The notes: generated by a model not told the origin, from the letters alone. 64,000 bases of DNA from Patescibacteria group bacterium (GCA_023263945.1 JALQTW010000004.1:3095-67094); one strand, 5' to 3'. Counted from the stretch's first letter, positions 50,140-59,240 are shown. Program-made: numbers and translations.

Positions 50140-52174
50140 TCTCTCTTCCACTCCTTCGGCTTTTCCTTCTCCAGAGCCTCTCCGCCCAGGAGAACTGCCA
50201 GATGTTCCGATTCAGCCTAAAACTCCAGAAGCTCCAAAACCTCTCCCTGAAATGAAGGAAGATCTTGCGGTAGAAATGTTAGATTACACCCGTCTGGGAA
50301 TTGAATTACGAAATGCTATTGAAGCAGGAAAGATGACTCCTGCGGATATACATCAATGGACTTCTCACCCGTGGCGTGCTTATGAGTTTTTGGTTGGAAA
50401 AATGGAAAAGAACATTGTTCATACACCTTTTTTGGATGGGCTCCGCGAATGGAATTTTGTAGGTGCGACAGTAGAGAAAGACGAACAATCTCAGAAAATG
50501 GCACATGAAGCCTGGGCAAAGGATCATCCTGAAGTGGCGGAAAAATTAACATATTTTGTTCGTATTATGTGTGAAAAACTGTTGGGACGTATAGGTACGT
50601 ATGAAAAGGTACAAGACCAATTACATGAACAAAAGGAAATAGCGGCAACAGACAAGATTTATCAAAAAGCAAAGGAATTTGCTATCAAAAATCCTCCTGT
50701 TGCTCTCATAGGAGGTTTAGCTCTCTTCTGGTTAGGATCAAAAGCTATCAAAGGATTATGGTCCAATGAAAGTAAGCTAATTCGATATCCTGGGCGCCTT
50801 CTTATCCTGGCTGCTGGTGCTCTTGGAATTGATACGGTTCTTCGTCAGGAAACAGGGAAAAGTGGAGTAGATTGGGCTGCGGGTTTTACAGAAAATTTAG
50901 GATTCACAAACACTGCTGCTTCACTCAAGAATTTTTCAAAAACGATGGAACGAGGTTTGTTATTGGGATCTGGACGTGAATATAGTGTTTTGAACTTCTT
51001 CCACGAAAAATTCCAATTAAATGGAGATGATGAATACGCATTTTTCAATTCACTCTGCAAAGAAAATCCTCGTGAGTTTCTTTCATGGTATAACCAGGCT
51101 CGTACGTGGAAGCTCACTCGTAATGGAGATATGCCGAGCCTTCCTCCACATTTGAATGAGACATTTAGAAAGCTAGTCCGATTAGGTATCGTTCCAGACT
51201 CGATTGCACGTATGAATAAAGAGCAGCAAATGGATGCACTCCTTCGTGTGGCGGAAAAGACCTTAGGCTCATTCAAGAATGATCCCGATGCGGAAGGAAT
51301 GGATCCTGTAGCCTACCTTGAAGAGCGATACGTTACAGGAGATTATTTCACACGCGTCTATGACGAATGGGCAAAGGAATGGACGGCAAAGCATGGTGCA
51401 GCCGGTGCTTACGTTCTGGTTTCTGCAAAAGAATACGCGGAAACAATGAAGAAAAACGTTGCGAAAAATCCTCTTACGATGTTGGATATTTTCCTTATTC
51501 ATTTGCATCCCCAAGATTTCGATAAATTGTCGAATTATGGTCCTGGAGGGAAGACACTTAAAGAAATATATGCAAAGTTGACAGAACTTACGTCAAAAGG
51601 CCGTAATCTTGCATATGAAGGATTCGGACGTGCTGTTAATTTTGCAACGATTGATATTCCGCATACGGCGAAGAAGATTTATAAATATTTGAAAACAAAA
51701 AATGTTGAAGAATTGAATCGTCTTGGAATCACACAGGAGAGTATAGAAACGTGGACCAATAACTTTATCAGGGATGTTCAGGAACAAACGGAAGCGATAA
51801 AAAGTGGTGCACAGGAAAAATATAGATTTACCAAGGATTCAGAAATGTGGAAATTCCTGGAAGAAAATTTGGGAATTTATGGAGAGAAAGTAGGGGATAT
51901 TATTTTTCTGACGGATGATGCAATCATGATGGTTTGGGATAAAGTCATTATTCCTGCGCGCGATGGAGCAGCAAGAGGAGCACGATGGGTTGTAGATCAG
52001 ATTGGAGGAGAGGATGAGAAGACGCCTCAAAATACAGAAGGGGATGTACCATCTCCCGTTCCAGACGTTGAAATTGAAGTGCCACCACCAACTGAAGATA
52101 AACCTAAAGAGGCGCCACCTCCTGCTGATGATGCTTCTCCATTTCCCGGAGATCCTAGTAGACCTTTGCCGTAG
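50129..52174 (+). CDS. Hypothetical protein (681 aa) with Pro-rich termini and two central TM segments
   Basis: ATG 50129 overlaps the upstream gene by 11 nt. TM segments are PPVALIGGLALFWLGSKAI and LLILAAGALGIDTVL. No recognisable family. Confidence 0.5.
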   Translation: MSTDLSSTPSAFPSPEPLRPGELPDVPIQPKTPEAPKPLPEMKEDLAVEMLDYTRLGIELRNAIEAGKMTPADIHQWTSHPWRAYEFLVGKMEKNIVHTPFLDGLREWNFVGATVEKDEQSQKMAHEAWAKDHPEVAEKLTYFVRIMCEKLLGRIGTYEKVQDQLHEQKEIAATDKIYQKAKEFAIKNPPVALIGGLALFWLGSKAIKGLWSNESKLIRYPGRLLILAAGALGIDTVLRQETGKSGVDWAAGFTENLGFTNTAASLKNFSKTMERGLLLGSGREYSVLNFFHEKFQLNGDDEYAFFNSLCKENPREFLSWYNQARTWKLTRNGDMPSLPPHLNETFRKLVRLGIVPDSIARMNKEQQMDALLRVAEKTLGSFKNDPDAEGMDPVAYLEERYVTGDYFTRVYDEWAKEWTAKHGAAGAYVLVSAKEYAETMKKNVAKNPLTMLDIFLIHLHPQDFDKLSNYGPGGKTLKEIYAKLTELTSKGRNLAYEGFGRAVNFATIDIPHTAKKIYKYLKTKNVEELNRLGITQESIETWTNNFIRDVQEQTEAIKSGAQEKYRFTKDSEMWKFLEENLGIYGEKVGDIIFLTDDAIMMVWDKVIIPARDGAARGARWVVDQIGGEDEKTPQNTEGDVPSPVPDVEIEVPPPTEDKPKEAPPPADDASPFPGDPSRPLP

Positions 52175-52182
52175 ATCTCAAA

Positions 52183-53283
52183 TTAAGATCCAACATTTAC
52201 AATTTGAGTTTTCAGAATTGTCGCATCACTTCCCCCAAATGGTATTTGGACGGTAATTTTAACTTCACCGAGAATGTCATCTGGGATCATAAATGAGTTT
52301 TCTCCATCCAAAGAATGTACTTTTCCATATCGTTCATAGGGTTTTTGCTGTCCCCAAAAGAGAGATGCATTTTTATCCAACGTGTATTCTTCTGGTAAGA
52401 AGACCTTTACCTTTCTGCCTCTATTTTCAATTGTGCATTCTTTCTGAAGTTCCTCGAAATCTTTTTCTCTGACGAAAAAGTTGTAAGTACCCTTTATTGC
52501 TGCGAGACCTGATATTCCAAAGACTGCTCCTGTTGCAGCCCCAATGACAAACATGCGACGTGCATTTAATTTTCTCATCTGAACATCTTCCAGGATTCCT
52601 TCCAGTTTTTTACGGTCTTCGGATCGTGTTTTGGTTTTCATTCCCGTATTTATTTCCGGAAAGTGTTTTGTAGAAGCCCATCCAACAATATAGCTGTAGG
52701 CTCGGCGAAAGTGACTTGTTAAGAAAGCCATTTTTTCATCTCGCAATTCTTCCCCCGGCCATCTTTCGTATTGCAAAAGAGTTAAGAGGAGATTTTCTAT
52801 AACGGCCACTCCATCTGGATCTTTTGAATCAAAAGGAATTGGTTGGAGAGCAAGGATAAATTCATTTATTGCTTTTTCTACCATTCCTTTTAATTGAGCA
52901 TCTCCTTCTTCATCTATATTTTTTGCATTCTCAAGAAGAATTACAAGTTCTTCAAATTTTTTTATCATTTCACCCCAATTTTTAATGTTTTCTGCTTTTT
53001 CGTAGGCCCTTTTTGAAAAGGGTCTTTTTTCTTTAGGTAAAAGACCACTTACTCTTGCACGTCTCGATACATCTTGTTCTGTCTCCGTCAAAGTTTTTGG
53101 GATTTCTGCCGGAGATGACAAATTTTCTTGTGCAACGTGCACGACGATATTTTTCTCCTGAGGAGTTAATGGAATCGATTCTTCTTGTGGGATTGACATT
53201 TGAGGGGGGAGAACTTTTTCTTCTTCTTTGGATTTGGGCGCAAAGAATCCGGTTTCCAATTCCATATGATCCTCATTATTCAT
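52183..53283 (-). CDS. Hypothetical protein (366 aa), one TM near residue 265
   Basis: ATG 53283 lies 6 nt after a perfect TATAAT box. The gene is AT-rich and has no recognisable family. Confidence 0.5.
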   Translation of the reverse strand: MNNEDHMELETGFFAPKSKEEEKVLPPQMSIPQEESIPLTPQEKNIVVHVAQENLSSPAEIPKTLTETEQDVSRRARVSGLLPKEKRPFSKRAYEKAENIKNWGEMIKKFEELVILLENAKNIDEEGDAQLKGMVEKAINEFILALQPIPFDSKDPDGVAVIENLLLTLLQYERWPGEELRDEKMAFLTSHFRRAYSYIVGWASTKHFPEINTGMKTKTRSEDRKKLEGILEDVQMRKLNARRMFVIGAATGAVFGISGLAAIKGTYNFFVREKDFEELQKECTIENRGRKVKVFLPEEYTLDKNASLFWGQQKPYERYGKVHSLDGENSFMIPDDILGEVKITVQIPFGGSDATILKTQIVNVGS

Positions 53284-53289
53284 ATTTAT

Positions 53290-53318
53290 ATTATAACTAA
53301 ATAATATATTTATGTCAA
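53290..53318 (-). promoter_or_regulatory. Perfect sigma-70 consensus promoter, leaderless
   Basis: The minus strand reads TTGACA, a 17-nt spacer (TAAATATATTATTTAGT), TATAAT, ATAAAT, then ATG 53283. Confidence 0.7.
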
Positions 53319-53321
53319 ATA

Positions 53322-53348
53322 TCAAAAATGGGGCCGCGAAGCGGCCCC
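53322..53348 (-). terminator. Intrinsic terminator after the 195-aa gene
   Basis: The hairpin is GGGGCCG-CGAAG-CGGCCCC on either strand, followed on the minus strand by ATTTTTGAT. Confidence 0.6.
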
Positions 53349-53352
53349 TCTG

Positions 53353-53940
53353 CTAGTTTATTGTGATCGTTCTTGCTTTGGAGGATTTGTTACGCGAGAG
53401 ATCCACGTAGAAAACCTTCACTTCCTTGACGGTTGGCTCTAACAGGTGCTTTTGCCCTTGTACGAGAAGAGGTCGTTTCCCCTCAACTTGTATTCCCCAT
53501 GAGAATCCATTAGGTGCAGGCGGGAATGAAAGTAATCCATTTCGCCATTGAATTCCATCTGTATAGGGAATGTCATCTTCTACATGAAGTGCAACTACTG
53601 TTGAAGGAGGAGCTATGAATCCGGAAACATTTTCAAACATTTTCTCCGATGCAACTTTCTTTAGTGTCCAGGCTTGTGCGTCATCAAACATATTGCGGCT
53701 GGTTTTTGTATTGGCAACAAGATAGACTCCCAATATTAACAGAGCCATGATTGAGCCAAATACAATGTCTGGTATTTTTCTTTTTCCTGAATTTACTGCT
53801 GCGAAATAGGAATGCAGAATCGCACTTAAAATAAATGCGAAACCTAAAATTCCAATACACCATCCGACGAGACCGTTGATGTAGGTTAATAGAAAGGACA
53901 AGAAAACCAGAGCCACGATGGTCAGGAAGAGAGCGGTCAT
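53353..53940 (-). CDS. Hypothetical membrane protein (three N-terminal TM segments plus a ~110-aa extracytoplasmic domain)
   Basis: TM segments LFLTIVALVFLSFLL, VGWCIGILGFAFILSAIL and FGSIMALLILGVYLV. GGAG lies 8 nt upstream of the ATG. Confidence 0.5.
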   Translation of the reverse strand: MTALFLTIVALVFLSFLLTYINGLVGWCIGILGFAFILSAILHSYFAAVNSGKRKIPDIVFGSIMALLILGVYLVANTKTSRNMFDDAQAWTLKKVASEKMFENVSGFIAPPSTVVALHVEDDIPYTDGIQWRNGLLSFPPAPNGFSWGIQVEGKRPLLVQGQKHLLEPTVKEVKVFYVDLSRNKSSKARTITIN

Positions 53941-54079
53941 GCTACATACTCCAAAAGTGTTTTTGAGCGTTGTTTTGATAGATCAACAAAACTAGCTTTA
54001 TTATTTTATCATAAAAGCAATTTTACGCAATAAGTCCCTTTTTGGGCTCTTTCAAGCCATATTGTTCAATTTTCCTTTT

Positions 54080-54090
54080 TGTGCTATAAT
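54080..54090 (+). promoter_or_regulatory. Extended -10 promoter (TGTGCTATAAT), leaderless
   Basis: TTTTTGTGCTATAAT, then ATAGAG (6 nt), then ATG 54097. The listed start MCYNIE is a read-through of this promoter. Confidence 0.55.
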
Positions 54091-54096
54091 ATAGAG

Positions 54097-54432
54097 ATGC
54101 CATCGAACACAAACACACCACTCAAAGAGCTCATGAAAACTCTCTACGAAGCGCTTATGCGTGAAGTAGAACCAGAATTAACATCCGATTTTAAGGATGA
54201 CTTGGACGTTGTGTATGCCGATGAAACACCCGAGGAGCATCGTGAACGTGTGCAAGGATATGTGGAGGCTGTGCAGGAAGTGAATCGTCGGTTTGGCATT
54301 CTTATCGATACCTGGAAAAGCCAACTACTTGCATTCAAGAAAGCAGCTCTCGAAAAAGCAAACGCCCGTCAAGAGCGTGATGATGAAGACGCAACAACAT
54401 CTCTCATTCAGCAATTCGATGTACAACCATGA
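54097..54432 (+). CDS. Hypothetical acidic helical protein (111 aa)
   Basis: ATG 54097. The stop overlaps the next start (ATGA at 54429-54432). Confidence 0.45.
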   Translation: MPSNTNTPLKELMKTLYEALMREVEPELTSDFKDDLDVVYADETPEEHRERVQGYVEAVQEVNRRFGILIDTWKSQLLAFKKAALEKANARQERDDEDATTSLIQQFDVQP

Positions 54433-56273
54433 AACATGAACCACGTTGTCACCGGCTCTGTGAAGACGGCTCCTTGCGAGAGCATCGTCTCTTGGGTGGA
54501 AATGGAATGCCACCTGTTCCTGACTATACTCTTCCCGAAGGACGCCAAGAGAAACCTCTTGAAATAAACCGAGGTGATGTGGTGAAGATGATTGATGCAT
54601 TCATGGTGGACGGCGAGATGCACGTACAAGAAGTGCAGGCACTCGTAGACAAAATTGAAGAGACTCTTGCCCTAATCTATCCCAGCTTCACGATTGATGC
54701 CGATTCCAGGAATGACGTTGCACTTCTTCAAATTGCGCGTGATTTGCGTTTCATTGATCCCTCTACGTACAATACGCTGGTTGATAAAATGCAGTTTGCA
54801 AAAAATAGTAAGACAATAGAAAAGCCAAAATCTCTGACGCTTGATGAACGTTTCCTGCTTCTTTCGCCAGAAGAGATGCATGCACAAATCCAGGCTGCAA
54901 AACAGAGTGCAGAACGCTTCCGCCGCGATGCACGAAGAAATCGTAGTCGTTCCGGTACCACGGCCTATTCCCAATATTGGCATCTACGAAATCTCTTTGA
55001 TCAAGCCCATGGGAAGGATTACTCCATGTACCTCCGTGAACGCAAAGGCACTGTTCCAGATTTCTCCTCTGTTCGTGATGTGCAATCTGTCCCGGGTACA
55101 AATCTTCTCAAGGGACGATTGCCGGATGGCAGATCTATTACATTTAATCCTCGAACGGGTAGTTACGCGTCTAATGCTCCTCAGGAAATATCATCCGAAA
55201 GTCGTGACCTTGCATCATCGTCTCGCGTCTCCACCGATGAGCTCCGTGATGCCAAGCGCATTCTGGACCGCGGTCCCATGGCCGGTGGCCGTTACGCCCT
55301 TCCTACAGAGCGCTATGCATCCGATGGCCGCGTGAACTTCTTTACGGAGGGAGATCGCCGTGATGTTCAGGATTTCCTCAACGCACGCAGTGCCAGAAGG
55401 CTTGCGCGCCTTGAACAGATGGAAGGCTTTGCGGCACAACGTGCAGATATTATGGATATTCTTACAAATCCGGATCGCTTTGAAGCGGAGGTTCAGAAAA
55501 TCAAAGATGCACCCATCGATTTCTCCGATCCTCGCATTCTCCGTCAGGCACGAAAAAATAATGTGGTTCATTCCCTTCTTTCTCGGGACCATTCCATGAT
55601 TCATGACGTGGCAACGGAACCTCCCACCCGAGCGGAAATAGAATCACTTCGACGTGATGGAATCTTTCGGGATAGTTGGGAGAAGGTACGCCGCAAAAAT
55701 GACAACATGATGAACTTTGATCAGTTCATTACGTTCCGTCAGACAGGATGGGAAGATCGTGATACAGAAAAATTCATTCCCACCATGGCAAAAGATGGAT
55801 ACATTCCAGGATATGCTTACATCTTCCACAAGCCCACGCGTCAGGAAATGGTGCTGAATTCCAAGGGAGAAATTGTTGCTCACAGATGGCAGAAGCGTTT
55901 GGAAGGAGGAAAGTTCCTTCTTGTTGATACGCGGTTCGATCGTCCCAAAAATCCAGCCCTCAAATCACTTCGTATCGATTTCAAGAAGACATGGGGAAAG
56001 GAGGGGGTTCCAGGAAAACTTGCACTGCGCGACAGTGATGGAACAACCCTTCCTAAAAACTTCTCGATCGATCTCTCCACCTTCCCACGCGATGGTCGTG
56101 GCATGATGATTGGCAACATTGCATGGGTTGAACGAGATGGAAACAATGCCTTCAAGGTCCTTCTTATGAAGGAAGGAAACTACGATCTCTATGCACAGGA
56201 TGGTGCGTCCAAGACGCATAAACATGCGGATATTGCGGTTTCTAAAGGGCCTGAAAAAAGACAGGTCGCATAA
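54429..56273 (+). CDS. Hypothetical protein (614 aa), soluble and Arg-rich
   Basis: Translationally coupled to the 111-aa gene. No TM segment and no recognisable family. Confidence 0.5.
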   Translation: MKHEPRCHRLCEDGSLREHRLLGGNGMPPVPDYTLPEGRQEKPLEINRGDVVKMIDAFMVDGEMHVQEVQALVDKIEETLALIYPSFTIDADSRNDVALLQIARDLRFIDPSTYNTLVDKMQFAKNSKTIEKPKSLTLDERFLLLSPEEMHAQIQAAKQSAERFRRDARRNRSRSGTTAYSQYWHLRNLFDQAHGKDYSMYLRERKGTVPDFSSVRDVQSVPGTNLLKGRLPDGRSITFNPRTGSYASNAPQEISSESRDLASSSRVSTDELRDAKRILDRGPMAGGRYALPTERYASDGRVNFFTEGDRRDVQDFLNARSARRLARLEQMEGFAAQRADIMDILTNPDRFEAEVQKIKDAPIDFSDPRILRQARKNNVVHSLLSRDHSMIHDVATEPPTRAEIESLRRDGIFRDSWEKVRRKNDNMMNFDQFITFRQTGWEDRDTEKFIPTMAKDGYIPGYAYIFHKPTRQEMVLNSKGEIVAHRWQKRLEGGKFLLVDTRFDRPKNPALKSLRIDFKKTWGKEGVPGKLALRDSDGTTLPKNFSIDLSTFPRDGRGMMIGNIAWVERDGNNAFKVLLMKEGNYDLYAQDGASKTHKHADIAVSKGPEKRQVA

Positions 56274-56314
56274 GAGGTGACAGAGAGGAAAGACCCCGCT
56301 ACCATGCCGCGGAC

Positions 56315-57403
56315 ATGGCGCAGCTCATCCTCCAGGACGGCACCGTCTTCACAGGGGATCCTTTTGGCGCAGGAGTGGATACAGATGGAGAAGTCGTCTT
56401 CAACACGGGGATGGTGGGGTATCCGGAATCGATGACGGACCCCAGTTACGAGGGCCAGATCCTCGTCTTTACCTATCCGCTCATCGGCAATTACGGTGTT
56501 CCTTCGGAGGAAAAAAACCGATGGGGCTTTGCAGAGAATTTTGAAAGTGAAAAGATTCACGTACGCGGGATCATCGTTGCGCAGGAAAGTCGTGAGTATA
56601 GTCATCATAAGGCGGTCAGTTCACTCCATAACTGGATGGAACATCATAAGATTCCGGGCATTACGGGTATTGACACGCGAGCGCTCACAAAAAAATTACG
56701 GGAGCATGGGGTGATGTTGGGGAGAATCGAACAGAAGTCAGAAGGCAGAAGTCAGAAGGCAGTGTCAATCGAGGATCCAAATATGCGCAACCTCGTTGCG
56801 GAAGTTTCCTGTAAAAACATCATCACCTATGAACCAGATGCTGATGTCTCCATCAAAAAGTCGATCATCGCATTCGATTGCGGCATGAAGAACAACATTC
56901 TTCGATCGTTCTTAAAAAGGGGAGTCACCGTGCATCGTGTCCCGTGGAACTATGACCTTGTAACAAGCCCTCTGAAGTTCGATGCCGTGTTCATCAGTAA
57001 TGGCCCGGGAGATCCTAAAATGTGCACGGAGACCATCAAGCAGATTCAATTTGCACTCGCGAAAAATATTCCCACGTTTGGCATCTGCCTTGGGAATCAA
57101 CTCCTCGCACTTGCCATTGGTGGCGATACATACAAACTTCCCTACGGTCACCGCAGTGCGAATCAACCCTGTTTAGAAGTGGGGACGAAGCGTTGCATCA
57201 TCACGTCACAGAACCACGGTTTTGCCGTGAAAGATCAGCTTCCTACGGGATGGAAGGTGTGGTTTACGAATGCGAATGATGGGTCGGTGGAAGGAATTCG
57301 TCATGAATCGGGAAAATTTTTCTCTGTTCAGTTTCATCCGGAAGCAACACCCGGGCCCGAGGATGCCAATTATTTGTTTGATGAGTTTTTGAAGATCATT
57401 TGA
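56315..57403 (+). CDS. carA: Carbamoyl-phosphate synthase small (glutaminase) subunit
   Basis: VFNTGMVGYPESMTDPSYEGQILVFTYPLIGNYGVP, GICLGNQLL (nucleophile Cys) and QFHPEA. No carB follows. Confidence 0.9.
   Translation: MAQLILQDGTVFTGDPFGAGVDTDGEVVFNTGMVGYPESMTDPSYEGQILVFTYPLIGNYGVPSEEKNRWGFAENFESEKIHVRGIIVAQESREYSHHKAVSSLHNWMEHHKIPGITGIDTRALTKKLREHGVMLGRIEQKSEGRSQKAVSIEDPNMRNLVAEVSCKNIITYEPDADVSIKKSIIAFDCGMKNNILRSFLKRGVTVHRVPWNYDLVTSPLKFDAVFISNGPGDPKMCTETIKQIQFALAKNIPTFGICLGNQLLALAIGGDTYKLPYGHRSANQPCLEVGTKRCIITSQNHGFAVKDQLPTGWKVWFTNANDGSVEGIRHESGKFFSVQFHPEATPGPEDANYLFDEFLKII
56732..56762. repeat. In-frame 14-mer tandem repeat inside carA
   Basis: CAGAAGTCAGAAGG x2 plus CAG. It encodes QKSEGRSQKA in the variable linker between the CarA domains. 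Confidence 0.7.
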
Positions 57404-57422
57404 TCTACAAATATTTATAACA

Positions 57423-57563
57423 AGAGAGCGGCATGCTTGCCGCGTGTAAAAAGGATGAAGATCAACAATAGAACCAGGGAGCGTCTATCTCTAAGGAAAA
57501 GAGAGCGGGATGCTTCCCGCGGTCATTGTAGGATCCAATAATACGCGCGAAGCATCGCGCTCT
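57423..57563. repeat. REP cluster between convergent carA and purN (three hairpin units)
   Basis: AGAGAGCGGCATGCTTGCCGCG (+), AGAGAGCGGGATGCTTCCCGCGG (+), and CGCGCGAAGCATCGCGCTCT (the reverse complement of AGAGCGCGATGCTTCGCGCG). Stem positions differ between units but stay complementary. Confidence 0.75.
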
Positions 57564-57583
57564 ATGGCTCCAAAAGGAAGGGG

Positions 57584-57605
57584 GCGCAGGTGTGCACACC
57601 TGTGC
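57584..57605. terminator. Palindromic hairpin at the purN 3' end
   Basis: CAGGTGTG|CACACCTG is a perfect 16-nt palindrome, extended by GC pairs. It overlaps the purN stop codon. Confidence 0.45.
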
Positions 57606-58213
57606 TAATCAACGAATTGAATTTCCCCCTCTTCAATCATCTGGAGAACTTTTGGGTACCATTCTTTTTCCAAATCTTGCACACGATTTTTCAGAGAATC
57701 GACCGTATCTTCCGGAAGTACGGGGCAGGTTTTCTGCATCAGGATTTTTCCTGTGTCGACTCCTTCATCGATAAGATGGATGGTCATACCCGATTCTTTT
57801 TCCTTTGCGGCAAGGACTTCTTCATGTGCATGGATGCCAGGATACTTCGGTAAGAGTGAGGGATGCACATTCAGAATTTTATTTTTCCATTTCTTTATAA
57901 ACCACGGAGATAAGATCCACATCCATCCCATGCAGGCGAGGACAGGTTTACTCGTTTGTTCGTTTGTTCGTTTGTTCGTTAGCTCTTCGATAGCTGCAGA
58001 GAGTTTTTGATCGTATTCTTCACGTGATTCATCTGGATTTTTGTGGATGATCACAACGGGAATGTTTGCTCTGCGTGCTTTCTCCATACATCCACGGTCT
58101 GCGCGATCGGTAATGAGACCACTGCATTGCATGGTGAGTGATCTATCGGCAATGGCATCTAACACTGCCTGGAATGTGGTACCGCGGGAGGAACTTAAGA
58201 CGACGAAGTGCAT
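57605..58213 (-). CDS. purN: Phosphoribosylglycinamide formyltransferase
   Basis: VVLSSSRGTTFQAVLDA, ILNVHPSLLPKYPG and the TIHLIDEGVDTG block. Confidence 0.85.
   Translation of the reverse strand: MHFVVLSSSRGTTFQAVLDAIADRSLTMQCSGLITDRADRGCMEKARRANIPVVIIHKNPDESREEYDQKLSAAIEELTNKRTNEQTSKPVLACMGWMWILSPWFIKKWKNKILNVHPSLLPKYPGIHAHEEVLAAKEKESGMTIHLIDEGVDTGKILMQKTCPVLPEDTVDSLKNRVQDLEKEWYPKVLQMIEEGEIQFVD
57953..57980. repeat. In-frame 8-mer tandem repeat inside purN
   Basis: + strand CGTTTGTT x3.5 (minus strand AACAAACG). It encodes TNKRTNEQTS in a loop that is short in typical PurN. Confidence 0.7.
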
Positions 58214-58446
58214 GATTCCATCATAGCAGGTGCAGAAGATGCCAACCCAGCTTCGAATATGCCTATACCTTCGATTGCAGTTCGTACTGCATCGATTACT
58301 GCACGATCTATTGCGTACACGAGGGCAACTTTGTTTGGGGCAACATGTTGTTTGTCAAAACCTCTGAAGGCAACACTCTCTCCAAATGGTTCCATGGCGG
58401 TATAGATCTCTTCTTTTCTGTTTAAATCGACAATAATGGTGGACAT
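58195..58446 (-). CDS. Hypothetical 83-aa protein
   Basis: The ORF lies between the cofE-like gene and purN and overlaps the purN start by 19 nt. No motif recognised. Confidence 0.3.
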   Translation of the reverse strand: MSTIIVDLNRKEEIYTAMEPFGESVAFRGFDKQHVAPNKVALVYAIDRAVIDAVRTAIEGIGIFEAGLASSAPAMMESCTSSS

Positions 58447-58467
58447 AGGACGCGCATAGTAGGGAAC

Positions 58468-59232
58468 CTAGAGAATTCCTGCAAATAAATCGTCTTCCGG
58501 CTCAATGCCATCTACCCATCCTTCATCGTCGCTCAGAGATATTCCATGATCACGCATGATGACGGCAGGTGTTGCCTGCGCTGCGTTTCCCATCAGAAAA
58601 TTCGCAGCGGTGGCAAGTTGATCGGCTATTGCTTCGGTTGTGATACGAAGAGGATGTCCAAAGAGATCGCTCTTTCCTGCCTGGGAAACAAGAGGATCGA
58701 TCCCGCTCACAGCGAGCGCGAAGGCTGTCACTCCCAGACGACGAGGGCGACAACACGAATCGGTCATGATGATGGCGATGTTCTTTCCCGTCTTTTCCTT
58801 TAGACAAGATCTCATTTCACGTACAGATTTCACAGGATCTTTCGGCCAGCCAATGGCGTATCCTTCCTGCACGTTCGATTGATCCAGCCCTGCATTTGCC
58901 GTGAGGATTGATCCTTTCTTCAGTCCGTCAGGACGCACTTCTGTGAGAAGCGCACCAGGACACGTGCCAACGATCGATCCGTGCAATCGTTCGGTTTCTT
59001 GTAACACCGCTTCGCAAAATTCGGCTGAGCGGCCGCACTGGGCACTCCATTTTTTTGCATCATCGGATGGCGACCAGGACGTAAGATCGATCGCACTACC
59101 TTCCACCATCGAAATCACTTTGGAGGAGAGAACGAGAATATCGTTTTCCTGGAATGAAGCAGATTGCATCAAAATGGATAGAAGATCATCGCCTGATTTT
59201 AAAACAGACGTCACAAGAGAAATCAGCTGCAT
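58468..59232 (-). CDS. CofE-family (F420-0:gamma-glutamyl ligase-like) protein
   Basis: NDILVLSSKVISMVEG, TANAGLDQSNV and IIMTDSCCRPRRLGVTAFALAVSG match CofE family blocks. ATG 59232 is preferred over the TTG at 59244. Confidence 0.65.
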   Translation of the reverse strand: MQLISLVTSVLKSGDDLLSILMQSASFQENDILVLSSKVISMVEGSAIDLTSWSPSDDAKKWSAQCGRSAEFCEAVLQETERLHGSIVGTCPGALLTEVRPDGLKKGSILTANAGLDQSNVQEGYAIGWPKDPVKSVREMRSCLKEKTGKNIAIIMTDSCCRPRRLGVTAFALAVSGIDPLVSQAGKSDLFGHPLRITTEAIADQLATAANFLMGNAAQATPAVIMRDHGISLSDDEGWVDGIEPEDDLFAGIL

Positions 59233-59240
59233 AACGTGAT

